Shown: piece by piece, positions 52,271 through 64,000 of the stretch | Numbering within the stretch: position 1 is the first letter of the stretch | Layout: each line of letters opens with the position of its first letter | Assembly: GCF_006345805.1 (NCBI RefSeq) | Contig: NC_043005.1 | Location: 95,046,001-95,110,000, forward strand | Length of the DNA: 64,000 bases | Direction of reading: 5' to 3' | From: Octopus sinensis | Lineage: Eukaryota | Program-made: the position numbers and the translations under genes | Notes under the pieces: generated by a model | What the model was told of the DNA's origin: nothing | Seen by the model: the letters and a program-made list of their open reading frames with translations, nothing else | Database searches by the model: none

Positions 52271-52320
52271 TCGCGAGACCGACTCGGTTTCGAGCTATTT
52301 CTGCTCATCCTCAGTCGTGA
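52271..52320 (-). ncRNA. Type I hammerhead ribozyme (Penelope-type, palindromic stem III)
   Basis: TCACGA-CTGAGGA-T-GAGC(AGAAATA)GCTC-GAAA-CCGA(G)TCGG-TC^TCGCGA. Intact core, 4-bp stem II, 5-bp stem III, stem I 5/6 bp, GUC cleavage site between 52277 and 52276. Confidence 0.8.
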
Positions 52321-52340
52321 ACCACTCCGAGAGTGTAGTG

Positions 52341-52494
52341 GGTGCTTTTTACGTGCCACCGGCACAAGTGCCAGGGGAGACTGGCAACAGCCACGAGCGG
52401 TTGGTGCTTTTTACGTGCCACCGGCACGGAAGCCAGTCAAGGCGGTGCTGGCATCGGCTACGTACGGATGGTGCTTTTTACGTGCCACCGGCAC
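52341..52494. repeat. Three 25-bp direct repeats GGTGCTTTTTACGTGCCACCGGCAC in a retroelement-derived segment
   Basis: Copies at 52341-52365, 52403-52427 and 52470-52494. The intervening 37- and 42-bp segments resemble each other. Confidence 0.85.
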
Positions 52495-54860
52495 AGGTAT
52501 CACAACTACAATTTCCATTTGATATTTTGGTGTTGGGGGAAATTTCAAATATATCACCTTCCTTAAACTTTCTCTGTTGTGAAATCACAACTGAAATGAC
52601 ATCACAGAACGTTTTTCAAATTGTACAAAATATTGTTTCATGAAATAACTGAAACAAAATGGGAGGGAGGGAGGGATGGATACATAGATACAGAAGCAAA
52701 AATAACTCACATTCGAACTAGGAAAGAAAAAACAAGAACATGTATCCAGACTTTATGGTGTCGTGTAACATCGGCTGTTTTTCCGTCCTTGTTTTCGTAT
52801 ACATTCGATGCTTTTTTCCAAGGAATCTAATGCTCTTAGCTTAGTTTTTCCTTGGGGCTGGCCAGATTGGAGCAATCTCAAGATTAATCAGCCGAAATTG
52901 TGAGGATGATCCAGTTCTTGACTGAAGATAAAAGGCTTCGAATGACCCGTCCTTGTTTTTTTGTATCGTCTATCTGGATGTTTTGTTGTTCTTTTTTCTA
53001 TCACCTAGTTGTCCAGATATTTTGCGTTCTTGTCCCATTTTGCATTTTATTTTATATATATATATATATGTGTGTGTTTTGTTTGTTCACTGGTTTGCCG
53101 CAGTATAGCACTTGAGGGATGATTCCCTCATAATGCTGGATATTAAAATACCTGAAAGTGATAGACTGCATTATGAAAGAGTCATCCCCCAGGGTGGTGT
53201 ATGGCAGAAAGCAAACACATACATTAAGTGCTGTTGATAATATATGTGTGCGTGTGTGTATGTGTGTGTGGAGGTGCAATGATCCAGTGGTTAGGGCAGC
53301 GGACTTGTAGTTGGAGAATCGCGGTTTCAATTCCCAGACCGGGCATTGTGTGTGTTTATTGAGCGAAAACACATAAAGCTCCACAAGGCTCCAGCAGGGG
53401 TGGTGGCAACCCTTGTTGTACTCTTTCGCCCAACTTTCTCTCACTCTTCCTGTTTCTTGAGTAACGCTGCGATGGACTGGTGTCCCGTCCAGCTGGGGGG
53501 AATACATATGCCATAGAAACCAGAGGGCGCATTAATAAAAATATATATATATATATATATATATATTAATGGTAATGGTAAGACAACAAAAGAATGAAAG
53601 AGACCTTGATATTATGTAAATAGAGGAATTTATTTGTAATATAATATGTGACAATTATTTAGTTGCCATAATAAAACTCCGAGTTTTGGATGTTGGGGCA
53701 GAAACCAGCACCAGCATCTCTTCAGTTATTGAGGCAATTAAAATATGTATATATGCGTGTTTGAATGTATATATCAGCAGCAGCATCAATTTTTTGAGAC
53801 TTGCACAGGTCAGATGGGATTTGTTGAGGCAGATTTTCCTATGGTTGGGTGCCTTTTCTGTCCCCCGTTTTCAAGCAAGGTAATATTTTCTCTCAAATTT
53901 GACATGTTTTGTCAAAGAGTGGAAATGAATAACCTCACTTGTATGATGCTCATTTACTACCATCAAGACAATAGTACCAACACACACATGCAGGCTTCTT
54001 TCAGTGTATGTCCACTAAATTCACTCACAAACCTTTGGTCGATTCAGGGCTATAGTAGAATACACTTGCCTAAGGTGATATACAGTAGAACTGAACTCAA
54101 AACCATGTGATCGAGAAACAAACTTGTTATCCATCAATCCACACCTTTTATCTTCACAAAAGGGTTGACAGAAATCTCCATTATACTATTTATATACAGA
54201 ATCTGGAGAGATTTAGTAAAATAATTAAATTTTTGTTATCATACTGATATTTAGAACACCCGAGATTTATACATAAGATTATGGTGCAATATTTGGAATA
54301 TTTTAAATCTAAATGTAACCACTTTAGAACAAGAGGTTTTTGTATCTTAGAAGCAGAAACTGTCTCAAGCAGATTGCTTATCAATTAAGATCCTGCAATG
54401 GGTAACAAGCACTATTTGCTTTAAGGAAATGAGAATATTAGTAATACAATGATGGATGGCGGCACCTTGCAGTGTTAGTATTGCAAGACCATGGATCTCC
54501 ACCAGGAAAGTCTTGGTTTAGTTTTACTAATAGGATAGTATCTACTGCAACTGTAAATAACCACAAGTAACAGTTCTGGCCACTGTGACAGCATCTAATG
54601 GCACTGTCTCACAATCATGTCTTCATTGTTTTTCTCTCAATTTTGCTTTTCTTCATTATCAAACTTCCGTTTCCACTCAGGTCTTTTTTTAAATCTTTGC
54701 CTAGTTTTAGTCTTCAGTGGGGAGCAATCACCAACAATGTTATCCAACTTGTTCCAAGAATATTTTTAAAAAATAAGTGAAAAGATTACAAAACAGAAGA
54801 ATGACAATAGAGCCATAGACTTTAATCTAACAACTTTCCTTGACTCTATAACAATTATTA

Positions 54861-55080
54861 AAGGCGGCGAGCTGGCAGAAACGTTAGCACACCGGGCGAA
54901 ATGCCTAGCGGTATTTCGTCTGCCTAGCGGTATTTCAAATTCCGCCAAGGTCAACTTTGCCTTTCATCCTTTCGGGGTCGATTAATTAAGTACCAGCTAT
55001 ACACTGGGGTCGATATAATTGACTTAATCCCCTTGTCTGTCCCACCTATATTTATCCCCCTGTGGGCAATAAATAAAAAA
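54861..55080 (+). mobile_element. Family A SINE, near full length
   Basis: Head aaggcggcgagctggcagaaacgttagc, core, and tail ...ccccctgtgggcaataaa. Confidence 0.85.
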
Positions 55081-55920
55081 AATAAATAAATAATAAACAA
55101 AATAAAGCTAATTCTTTTTATTTGGTTTATTAAGATATACAAATAAGAAAACTTCATAAAAATAGTAATTTTTGTATTTGTTGTCTGTCTTTAAATACAT
55201 TCCTTTTCTTCCAGGATAACTTACGAAAAGTCATAAGATAAAAGAAAGCAGAAAAAGAACAAGTTAAAAACGAAAATATATATTATATATATGTTTAAAT
55301 AGATAAAAGAGATTACTATGCCAAAATAGAACAAATTCTTAAAGTAACAAACAAAAATATTGAAACAAATGTTAATTCTCAGATCTGTCCATCCATACCG
55401 AATATGGCAAATGTTTATATTCCTTAAAAAATTTTTTTAAAAAAGTAATGAAATTATAAAAGCTTTTAAGACATTTTTCAAACAAAACCCATAAACCAGA
55501 TAGTAGCATATTTCTTTAAATGCAGTTTTAATTTAACCTGTGAAATAATTAACAATCAACAAAAAAGTTCTAGAGTTTAACATAATGGACTATATATTCA
55601 TATTTATTATATATACACTTTTTTTTATTAAAGCAGTAAAAACATCACAACAAACTGTTACTCAGAGTTTCGCATTCCCATTTGTCGGATAGTTGTGATC
55701 AAGGCTGGAATAAAATTTATCTTACAATTTTATTCCATTCTTCATCACAAGTGTCCAATGAACAGGAATGTGAAACTCTAAGTTTTTTTGTGATGTTTTT
55801 GCAGTTTTAATAAGAAAGCATATTACACTACCTTGAGTATTTGAGTACTATTTTTTCCACGTTGTTTTGCATTTATGTGCTAAGTCACACACACATTAGA
55901 TATATATATATATATATATA

Positions 55921-56149
55921 TATAATACAAATAAGAAAATGGAGAAACAATTTAGTTTGTTCATCAACTTTTGGATACTAGAATGTTAAATTATTTATTC
56001 ATTTAACAAAATGAGAACCTTTGAATTATAAGATATATGTATGCTATTAAGGTTCTCATTTTGATAAATGAATAAATAATCCAACATTCTAGTATCCAAA
56101 AGTTGATGAACAAACTAAACTGTTTCTCCATTTTCTTATTTGTATTATA
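55921..56149. repeat. 101-bp inverted repeat with a 27-bp spacer (foldback element)
   Basis: Arms 55921-56021 and 56049-56149 with 4 mismatches. Abuts a (TA)n tract. Confidence 0.9.
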
Positions 56150-58897
56150 AATTAACGATAAAATATTTCTTTACCTTCACCCGTTTAATACAATAAATGA
56201 GTTAATTGCATTGCAATTAAAAACATTTATGTATTAGGAATCTGGGTACTTTACCAACAGTATATTGGATAAATACTATCCCTTAGTAGGTTGCACCCAT
56301 AACCCCTAACTTACTTTGTGTGTATATTAGTGTGTGTATACACATTTTTTTTTAAAAACCTGGATTCAGTGATGGGGGGGGGGATAGTCCAAGTATATAT
56401 TAAATTTGTATTATATAAAATGTGTTAAGTTCTACCAAATCACCTCGAATTACTTGTAAATAATAAAGTGATACAATATCAAAATTACACAAAGTGGCAA
56501 TTGTACATGTATGTGATGGCGTGGAGATTAGTGGAATTAAGTCAACGTGATGGTGGAACTGGTATTTCACAAACACTATTTCATTCAGATGGAGATGAAA
56601 TAACAGATAACCTGAAAAAGTGTGAAATTCGGAATGGCATCATCGAATTGGTCACACCAAGAGGGATAGGTCTCTACAGCCAGCGATACTTAACTTGAAG
56701 CTAAAAGCACAATGTAACACTGGTTTATGGTATATAAAAAACAAACAAAATAGATGTAAGGGAGAAAACTCTTGCTTGTAGGTGGTATGGATACTAAAGA
56801 AGCGAAGTGAAAAATAATACAATTCTAGAGACTCCTAAAATTACAGTATGGTCTCGGCTGGAATGCCTTTAAGAAGAGGTTTTCTCAATCAATGTTGACA
56901 AAGGACAATTACCAAGCTCATATAGTGCTAAGAGGATTGCTTTATTCTTGAGCAAAACATTCAACAAGCTAAAATCTTCACCCCATCACAGTGAGATTCA
57001 TATAGGAATGTAGAACAGGCTTCCATACTTTTACCATATTTTAATGCCGGAGAGAAAATAAATTCACTTGGCATTTGCAGCTGAGTTTTTAAGAGAATTT
57101 AATATGACATCATCTTCATCATTGTTGTTTTAATGCCTACTTTAACCATGCTTGCATGGGTCAGATGGAATTCGTTGAGGCAGATTTCTGCAGCGGGATG
57201 CCCTTCCTGTTGTCAACCCATACCGGTTTCCAAGCAAAGTGATATTATCCATTCGTCTGGACAGGTTTTCATGGCAGATTGCAAATAAACAGCACTGCTG
57301 GTATGACAGCCACAGTTGTTTACAATTAGCACAATGTCAAGACAAGGGTACAAAAACACACACAACTAAATTTACTCACAAGCCTTTGTTCAGCACCATG
57401 CTATAGCAAAAGCCATTGCCCCAGGTACCAGGCAGTGTGACTGAACCCAAAACCACTGAGTTGCAAGCCAAACTTCTTAACCACACAGCAATGCTTACAT
57501 CTGCATATAAGTTTTGGTCTTATAAAATAATGCCTGACACCCTAAACTTTTCCTTTCCTCCCAGCAAACCAATTATTTCCTTTTTAATCTGTTTATATTC
57601 ATTAAATGCTGACAGACCCTAATGAACTTCATCAGATCCTACTATATACCTAACCAAATAATATATATATATATAAAACACTTCTGTTTGTTAAATCATA
57701 TTTTTGCTAATCAGACTACTTCTGAAAATTTGGACGAAATATACACTTAAATAGAAAAATACACTTTAAGAAGCCAAAAATCAAAAAGAAAGACTTTCCT
57801 GTAAATTCTCCGATTATTTGCAATAAGACATCTCCTAAAAGAGATGCCCACCACCTAAAATAGTTCGATTTAATGCCAACGGTTTCAAGACATTTAAAAG
57901 AAAAATATTTGAATCATAATTCAAATATTCAAATTAATAAAGAAATATTAAATTCTGAATAATTAAAAGTAAGAATACATGGGGTGTGTATTTTAAAAAG
58001 AGCAAAGGAATAAATAGTAAAGTGTTTATGGAGAAAATAGAAAAGATTTTAAACAGTAAATGGGGGAAAATTGTCATAAAATATCTGAGATTTCAAATTT
58101 CAAACAAGTCTGAATATTAACTTGCAGTGATGATGACAAAGATGAAACAATTTCTGGAGACGATGCCCAATCTAAGAAAGACTTCGGAAAACTATAAATT
58201 GCACAAGATCTCAAAACTATATTGTCTCAGGTTGAATAATTTAAATTCTGAATCTGTGAAAAAGAAAGAATTTTCATTTCTTTACCAAATGTGAGACCTC
58301 CTAAAAACCTGATGCAAATTTATTGAAATATCTTTCTCCACTCAATATCAGTGGGTGTCTTTCTTTAAGACACAAAATGATGGTAGAACAATACAAACGA
58401 AGTTAAATTTTTTAATTATTAATTTTAATATCAATAAACCTCACAGTAAGAAAAATATACATATATACAGAAGAATTAGTGAAGAATTAATATTCAAAAC
58501 AATAGCTCTGTGGTAGTTATTCTAACCATTAAAAACACATTATCACCATTTCAGATCCAGTTTCCATGATGGCATGAGTTACACTTTTATTTTATTGTGT
58601 TGCATTATGATGACACTATATATATTGGTACCTGATATTGGGTAAAGTGTAATGGTGTGTGTCTTTAATGGCTTAGTTCAATAAAATTCTTTTAATCGTA
58701 ACAGAAGATATCAAATCAAATCACTTGTAACTCAAGAATATATCTATATTACACACACACACACACACTCATATACTAGTTTTATAAATCAAAACATTCA
58801 ATTAACTAGAAATTATATGCTATTAAAAAGAATTGCAGGAAGAAAATTATAAGGCAAAAATAATTCTTTGACAAAAGAAAAGCAACCAAATATTCTC

Positions 58898-59040
58898 TTA
58901 AATAACAACTTCCTCATTGTCAATTAATGGAACATGACTGGTCTGATTCTTCTGGCGTTTCCAAATGATGAAGGCCACCAAGATGATGGTAGCAAGCAGA
59001 ACAGCAGCTCCAACAGATAATCCTGTGATAAGGGCACTAT
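58898..59040 (-). CDS. Terminal coding exon of a single-pass (type I) membrane protein: TM helix and short tail
   Basis: Acceptor ttttctttgttttacag|AT, phase 1. Encodes SALITGLSVGAAVLLATIILVAFIIW-KRQKNQTSHVPLIDNEEVVI*, a hydrophobic helix followed by a basic stop-transfer signal. Confidence 0.8.
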
Positions 59041-60112
59041 CTGTAAAACAAAGAAAATACATTGAGAGAGAGGGGGGAGAGGGAGAGAGAGAGAGAGAGA
59101 GAGAAGGAGGGGCATTTATGGGGACAGAAAAATGGCATTATATGAGGGAATATCAAGGCAATACAGAATTAGAATTGTATCTTGAATAAAACAAACAATA
59201 AAATTCGACACGTAAGGTTTCTTGTTTTGCAGATTTAAGCCAATGATTTGGGGACCACAAATGTTTTTGCTCATTTACTTATCAACATTAATCAGCAAGA
59301 GATAAAAGTGATCATTATTATCATCATTTGAACATCCACTTTCCTATGCATACCTGGGTCAGACGAAATTAATTGAGGCAGATTTTCTAAAGCTGAATGC
59401 CCTACCCATCACCAACCTCAGCAATTTATTTCCCCTAGTCTTTCAAACACAAAGCAGCACAGTAACTGGACATGTTTCCATAGAAGATTGCAAAAGAGAA
59501 ATGCCACTTGTATAATCTTTTATCTTTCACTTGTTTCATTCACTGGACTTCAGTAATGATGGAACACCATCCTGAAGGGTTTAATTAACCAAATCAACCC
59601 CCTGTACTCACTTTCTAAGCCTGGTATTTATCTTATCAGTATCAAGACTCTAAGCTATGATGACATAAACAAACCCAAACCAGCTGTCAAATGGTAGTGA
59701 GAGACAATCAAAACACAATGACACACACATACAGGAAGGACTTCTTTTAGATTCCTTCTATGAAATTCATTCACAAGGCTTTGGTCAGCCCAGGTCTGTA
59801 GCAGAAGACACTTGCTGAAGGTTCCAAGCAGTGCAGATACTGATATTTTGTTTACAACTAGCGTGCAATGTCAAGAGCAGGTGATATGATTACTCATATA
59901 ATCACAAATACACATACATACGTACATAAATACAACAAGCTTCTTTCAGTTTCCATCTATCATAATTTAGAATTCTCATGCTTATGAAAATCCTGACTTG
60001 GGCATAAAATATCCTTGACAGGTTAAACAATCATACGACACTGATGGTCATATTTGAAAATAGGACATTACATCAGTTAATAACAGAGAAATCTTCTTAA
60101 TAAAATACTTGC

Positions 60113-60205
60113 TTTTCACTGTTGAACTCGCAACGTTTTCTGTCAAGAGAGGAGCACCAGTATTCTGTATCAAATAGTCAGGATGATGCATTGATCTGGA
60201 AGATG
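60113..60205 (-). CDS. Penultimate exon (Ser/Thr-rich juxtamembrane stalk) of the same gene
   Basis: Acceptor ttttcatttcttctccag|CA; 93 bp, phase 1-1; SSRSMHHPDYLIQNTGAPLLTENVASSTVK; donor A|GCAAGT. Confidence 0.65.
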
Positions 60206-61879
60206 CTGGAGAAGAAATGAAAAGAGAAAATATGATCATTAAAATTTTGGTAAAAATTAAATTAACGAGGAGTACATTAACTCTTTTGATACCAACCTGT
60301 CTGAAACTGCCTCTAATTCTATGACAAATTTTTTGCCTTAAAATTATCTAAAATTAAGACCTTCCATCAAAATTTTAAACCAATTTATGTTCTAAACACC
60401 AGTTGAATAACAATAGTTATTTTGCTAAATTGTTCATTATTTTCAAAATAAATTATACTAAGTGTTAGATTTGATAAACTGCATATTAGAACATGAGAAA
60501 ATAATTAAAGTGATTTTTTTTTTCTTTTGCTGAAATATCGCAGATTTGACACTATCATTTAAAGTGGTAATATCTGGCCCAAATATTCTGTCTTATGTTC
60601 AAACATGTCCGATCCAATCTCTCACACCAACACTATAATGCCATTCTAAAAATAAACAACCACATCACTGAAATCTGGAAGCTACAAGATAATGTATAAT
60701 TTATTCAAAACAATGTATCAACTGTCACAAATTGAGAGAGAAGAGACATTATTTTATATGCCAGAAAATAAAGCAACCTCTTGAAGCATTACCCATGGGT
60801 CCAGATCCCTATTCTATTTCCACTGATATCATCGTATGATCATGATTATTGACACTACTATGAACGGTAGAACAACAAATATCTTTGTTATCCTCAACTA
60901 AAGTTTGTCTGGGAACTTGCAACAGAGTGAAGGCGCTCACAAAGTGAAAGTTATCTTATATATTAAAAGGCAATATGTCTGTGTGTTGTGTGAACCACTT
61001 CTACTCTTACAATTTCCAACTGAATTTCACCAAATTCTACAACTTCGAAAGAAGTCTGTCCTATATATATATATTCCATATGCATTCCAAAACCGAGTTA
61101 TTGATTTTGATGTATGGAGTATCAAAAGATTCAATACTATTTCAGCTACAAATTAAACTTCATCGTCATTCACATATTTGCATTTAAAAAATTTAACATC
61201 ATAATCTTTTCCATAAATCAACTACTGTAAACATTTTATACAATGACTAACCCTATGACCTGGCAATGCCAAGTCATAGTGCTAGTGCATGCATATACAG
61301 CTGCGTGCATGCGCACATACACGCAAGTACTGTCCAAATCTCTGACCAATCACATACAGCTAGCTGGCATTCAATTGGCGTATCAAGTTTCGGGCATTTT
61401 GATTGGGTTTTGGATAGAAAATTCACAAAAAAAAGTCACTTCTATTGATTTTTTTAATGGCCTTGCAGGGTGACTGGGGAAATGTAAAGATGTGCACGAC
61501 CACCCTTGGACGGTTTTGAATGACCATAGAAAGTGCGAGCCCTCTAACTGAAAAATTGTGGATTTGTATAAAGGATACACACACACACACAGACAGACAT
61601 TTTGCCATATAGAGATGACGTCACATTTTCTATAATGTGTGTGTATCTTCAAAGACACACACCTTCACTCACTCACACACACACATACATACATACACAC
61701 ACAAACGTCCATTTCATATGGAGACAGAAAACAAGTTTCTATAGGAGAAGATGAAAGACAAGGATAGTGGGTGAGAAGTGCTGATGTTTCATACCTTATC
61801 TATTTTCTAAGAGAGAGAGTGTGTGTGTGTGTGTGTGTGTGTGTGCGCACATGCGTATGTTCCTTATGCATTTGAAAAT

Positions 61880-62112
61880 TGGGTTGCCCCTATAATATTG
61901 CTTCACTTTCATTCTTTCACTTTTAATTCTAATGTGATAACATTAAGATCATCTTATTTCTATTATATCTGAAATAAATGAATAATTTACATCCTCATTT
62001 GAACAACATATGCATCGGCAATTTTCCGTCTTTACAGCCACCACAGCAGAATGGTGTGTCAGTGTAGGTGATGACTGACATAACAAACGGCTGGAGGTGA
62101 AACTCTCGAAAA
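61880..62112 (+). repeat. Dispersed repeat; second copy at ~63820-64000
   Basis: Shared aataaatgaataattta.atcct...gcat.ggcaa.ttt..gtcttta...ggctggaggtgaaactctcga. Confidence 0.7.
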
Positions 62113-62129
62113 AAAACCATGAGGTGGCA

Positions 62130-62965
62130 AGTCCTAGTTATATAAACATACACATTTACCATTCAATGATAACTCTGTCTAAACTGCCATGCAACATGGC
62201 TGTTCGCTCATATGTGTCATACAGTCGACCTTTTACTCTGAGCGAGAGGCCTTTTGCCACCAGCAGAGGTAGGAGCACTCTGAACTTTGTCCAGGCTATT
62301 CTTATTCTAGTAGCTACACTCTCAGAGCATCTACCCCTGCTACTGACTTGGTAACGGAAGCTATCAACTACTTGTAGGTTTTTTCCCCTAGAATGTGACG
62401 GAAGCTGTTCTCTGCGTGTTTTCAGTGTTTATTGCTCCCGAGCATTTGCCATACGCAAAAACTATCTTCCTTTGATATTGCTGCACCTCTTATGTATCCA
62501 TAGCTTACACAGGGTACATCTTATGGAATTTCTACCTACACCTTTTCTACAGATTGAATAAGGCCATCTACCTGAGGGGATTTGTCTGCCTTCCTACTTA
62601 TTAAGACTTTGGTTTTTGCTAGGTTGACTCTAAGGCCCTTCAATTCTAGTCCTTGCTTCTACACCTGAAACTTCTCTAGTTCTGATAGTGACTCAGCTTG
62701 GTTTTTGCTAGGTTGACTCTAAGGCCCTTCAATTCTAGTCCTTGCTTCTACACCTGAAACTTCTCCTCTAGTTCTGATAGTGACTCAGCTATTAGAGCAA
62801 GGTCATCAGCATAGAGAAGCTTAAAGGGGCATCCTGTCTTGAATTCCTCTGTTATTGCCGAGATGACTATGATGAATAAGCAGGGACTGAGGTCTCATCC
62901 TTGGCGAACCCCTACCTGGAATTCTTCAGCATGATAACATTTTGCCCAGAGCTCCTGTGTAAAGC
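62130..62965 (-). mobile_element. RTE-type LINE RT fragment with an internal ~90-bp tandem duplication
   Basis: EEFQVGVRQG.DLSPCLFII...LLYADDLALIAESLSELEEKF...GLRVNLAKTK. Duplicate units at 62609-62698 and 62699-62790. Confidence 0.85.
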
Positions 62966-64000
62966 AAGAAGCCAGGAAAAACAGTATTTTACACGTTGTT
63001 TTCTCTAAAAACTTCAGCAGTTTTAAACCGATTCTCTCCCGACTCTCTCTTTTTCTCATTCTCTGTTTCTCTTGCTTACACATGTTCTCTCTCACCCTCT
63101 CTAATAATTCCTCTCTCTCTCTTTAATTCACTTACTGACTTAAGTCTAAAAACTGACTTCCATGTATTTCAATTAGTCATGCGTAAAAATCTCAGCTATG
63201 GTTTTCGTATGTTCTCTCTGAAAAATAATTTAGTTATTTAAAATTTTTGTTCACCCAGTGTGTTTAAATTCGGTTTTGCCACATCTGCCTAAAAACTGAC
63301 TTGATTGTATTTCAATTTTGTTGTGCATAAATATCTTTGGCTTTACGGTATTTGTACATTCTCCCTACAACATTACTTATTTAAAATGTTTTGCACACCA
63401 TCTATTTAAATATACTATTTACATTTCTCCCTCAATCAAAAACTGTTGTAGTGCGGTCGTGCATGCGTACATATGACCGCTATGGGCCACATACAGCCAA
63501 TAAGCTGAAACCAATAAGATATCAACCATGCCACTGAGCAGTCATGCGTTAAAAAAAGCTATCCTAAAGCAGCTCAAGTTTTTTCCCTCAAGCTTTATAC
63601 ACTCAAATGGAGTTTGTAAGTTCTGTCTACAAATTGTCTTCTTTGTCCGTCTGTCAGCTCCTTACACATTCTCAAAAGGCTCAACCAAATCAAATCTCAT
63701 GAGTGTCAACGAGTAATTTTTTTTTTCATTTGAATTAAAACAACATAGGCACTGGTTTGGTATTGCGTGTCAAAAGTGAAAGAATAAGATCTATATTATA
63801 ATGTTATATAAGATTGTTACACTCTTATTCTTTCACTTTTAATTCTACTGAGATAAATAAATGAATAATTTATATCCTAATGAGAACAACATTATGCATT
63901 GGCAACTTTCTGTCTTTAATGCCATGACAGCAGAACGATGTGTCAGTGTGTGTGTGTTGACTGACAACGAATGGCTGGAGGTGAAACTCTCGACAAAAAA

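Noticed and set aside
52341-52494. CRISPR-like array (25-bp repeats with 37- and 42-bp spacers)
   Set aside because: Eukaryotic context, only three repeats, spacers resemble each other, and no cas genes. It is an internal retroelement repeat.
52905-52950. CTGAAGA/CTGAGGA...CGAAT...GTC motif here and at ~3780-3815 (-)
   Set aside because: GAAT replaces GAAA, and neither stem II nor stem I pairs convincingly.
53268-53345. Additional tRNA genes at SINE heads (also 8130-8178, 38030-38081, 54861-54945)
   Set aside because: A and B boxes are present, but there is no acceptor stem or cloverleaf, and each continues into a SINE body.
56468-56698. 76-aa ORF (DGGTGISQTLFHSDGDE...) as a host exon
   Set aside because: No usable splice sites, and the flanking frames are broken. 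It is probably a decayed transposon fragment of unidentified family.

Overview
AT-rich, microsatellite-dense metazoan genomic DNA. The repeat families (CORE-type tRNA-derived SINEs, Tx1/L1, RTE, CR1, R4, Penelope-type) suggest an octopus or other coleoid cephalopod; this is inference, as no database search was possible. Host content: one large + strand coding exon (24991-26511) for a secreted/GPI-anchored LRR protein, an intact tRNA-Gln(CTG) gene (40457-40528, -), and the last two coding exons of a single-pass membrane protein gene (60113-60205 and 58898-59040, -) that join in frame only through a GC-AG intron. Mobile content: three diverged Tx1/L1-clade LINE copies, an internally deleted Gypsy LTR element nested in RTE nested in CR1, a Tc1 remnant, mariner and R4 remnants, MITEs, many SINEs, and a complete type I hammerhead ribozyme. 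The most notable observations are (i) an apparent Tx1-LINE/SINE partnership (shared 3' tail, a LINE-SINE-LINE chimera lacking the RT core, head-to-tail tandem LINEs with a conserved 5' motif) and (ii) a perfect 266-bp palindrome fused to a templated copy of the tRNA 3' flank. Most ORFs in the supplied track are microsatellite artefacts. Coordinates were read by hand; boundaries of degenerate elements are approximate.
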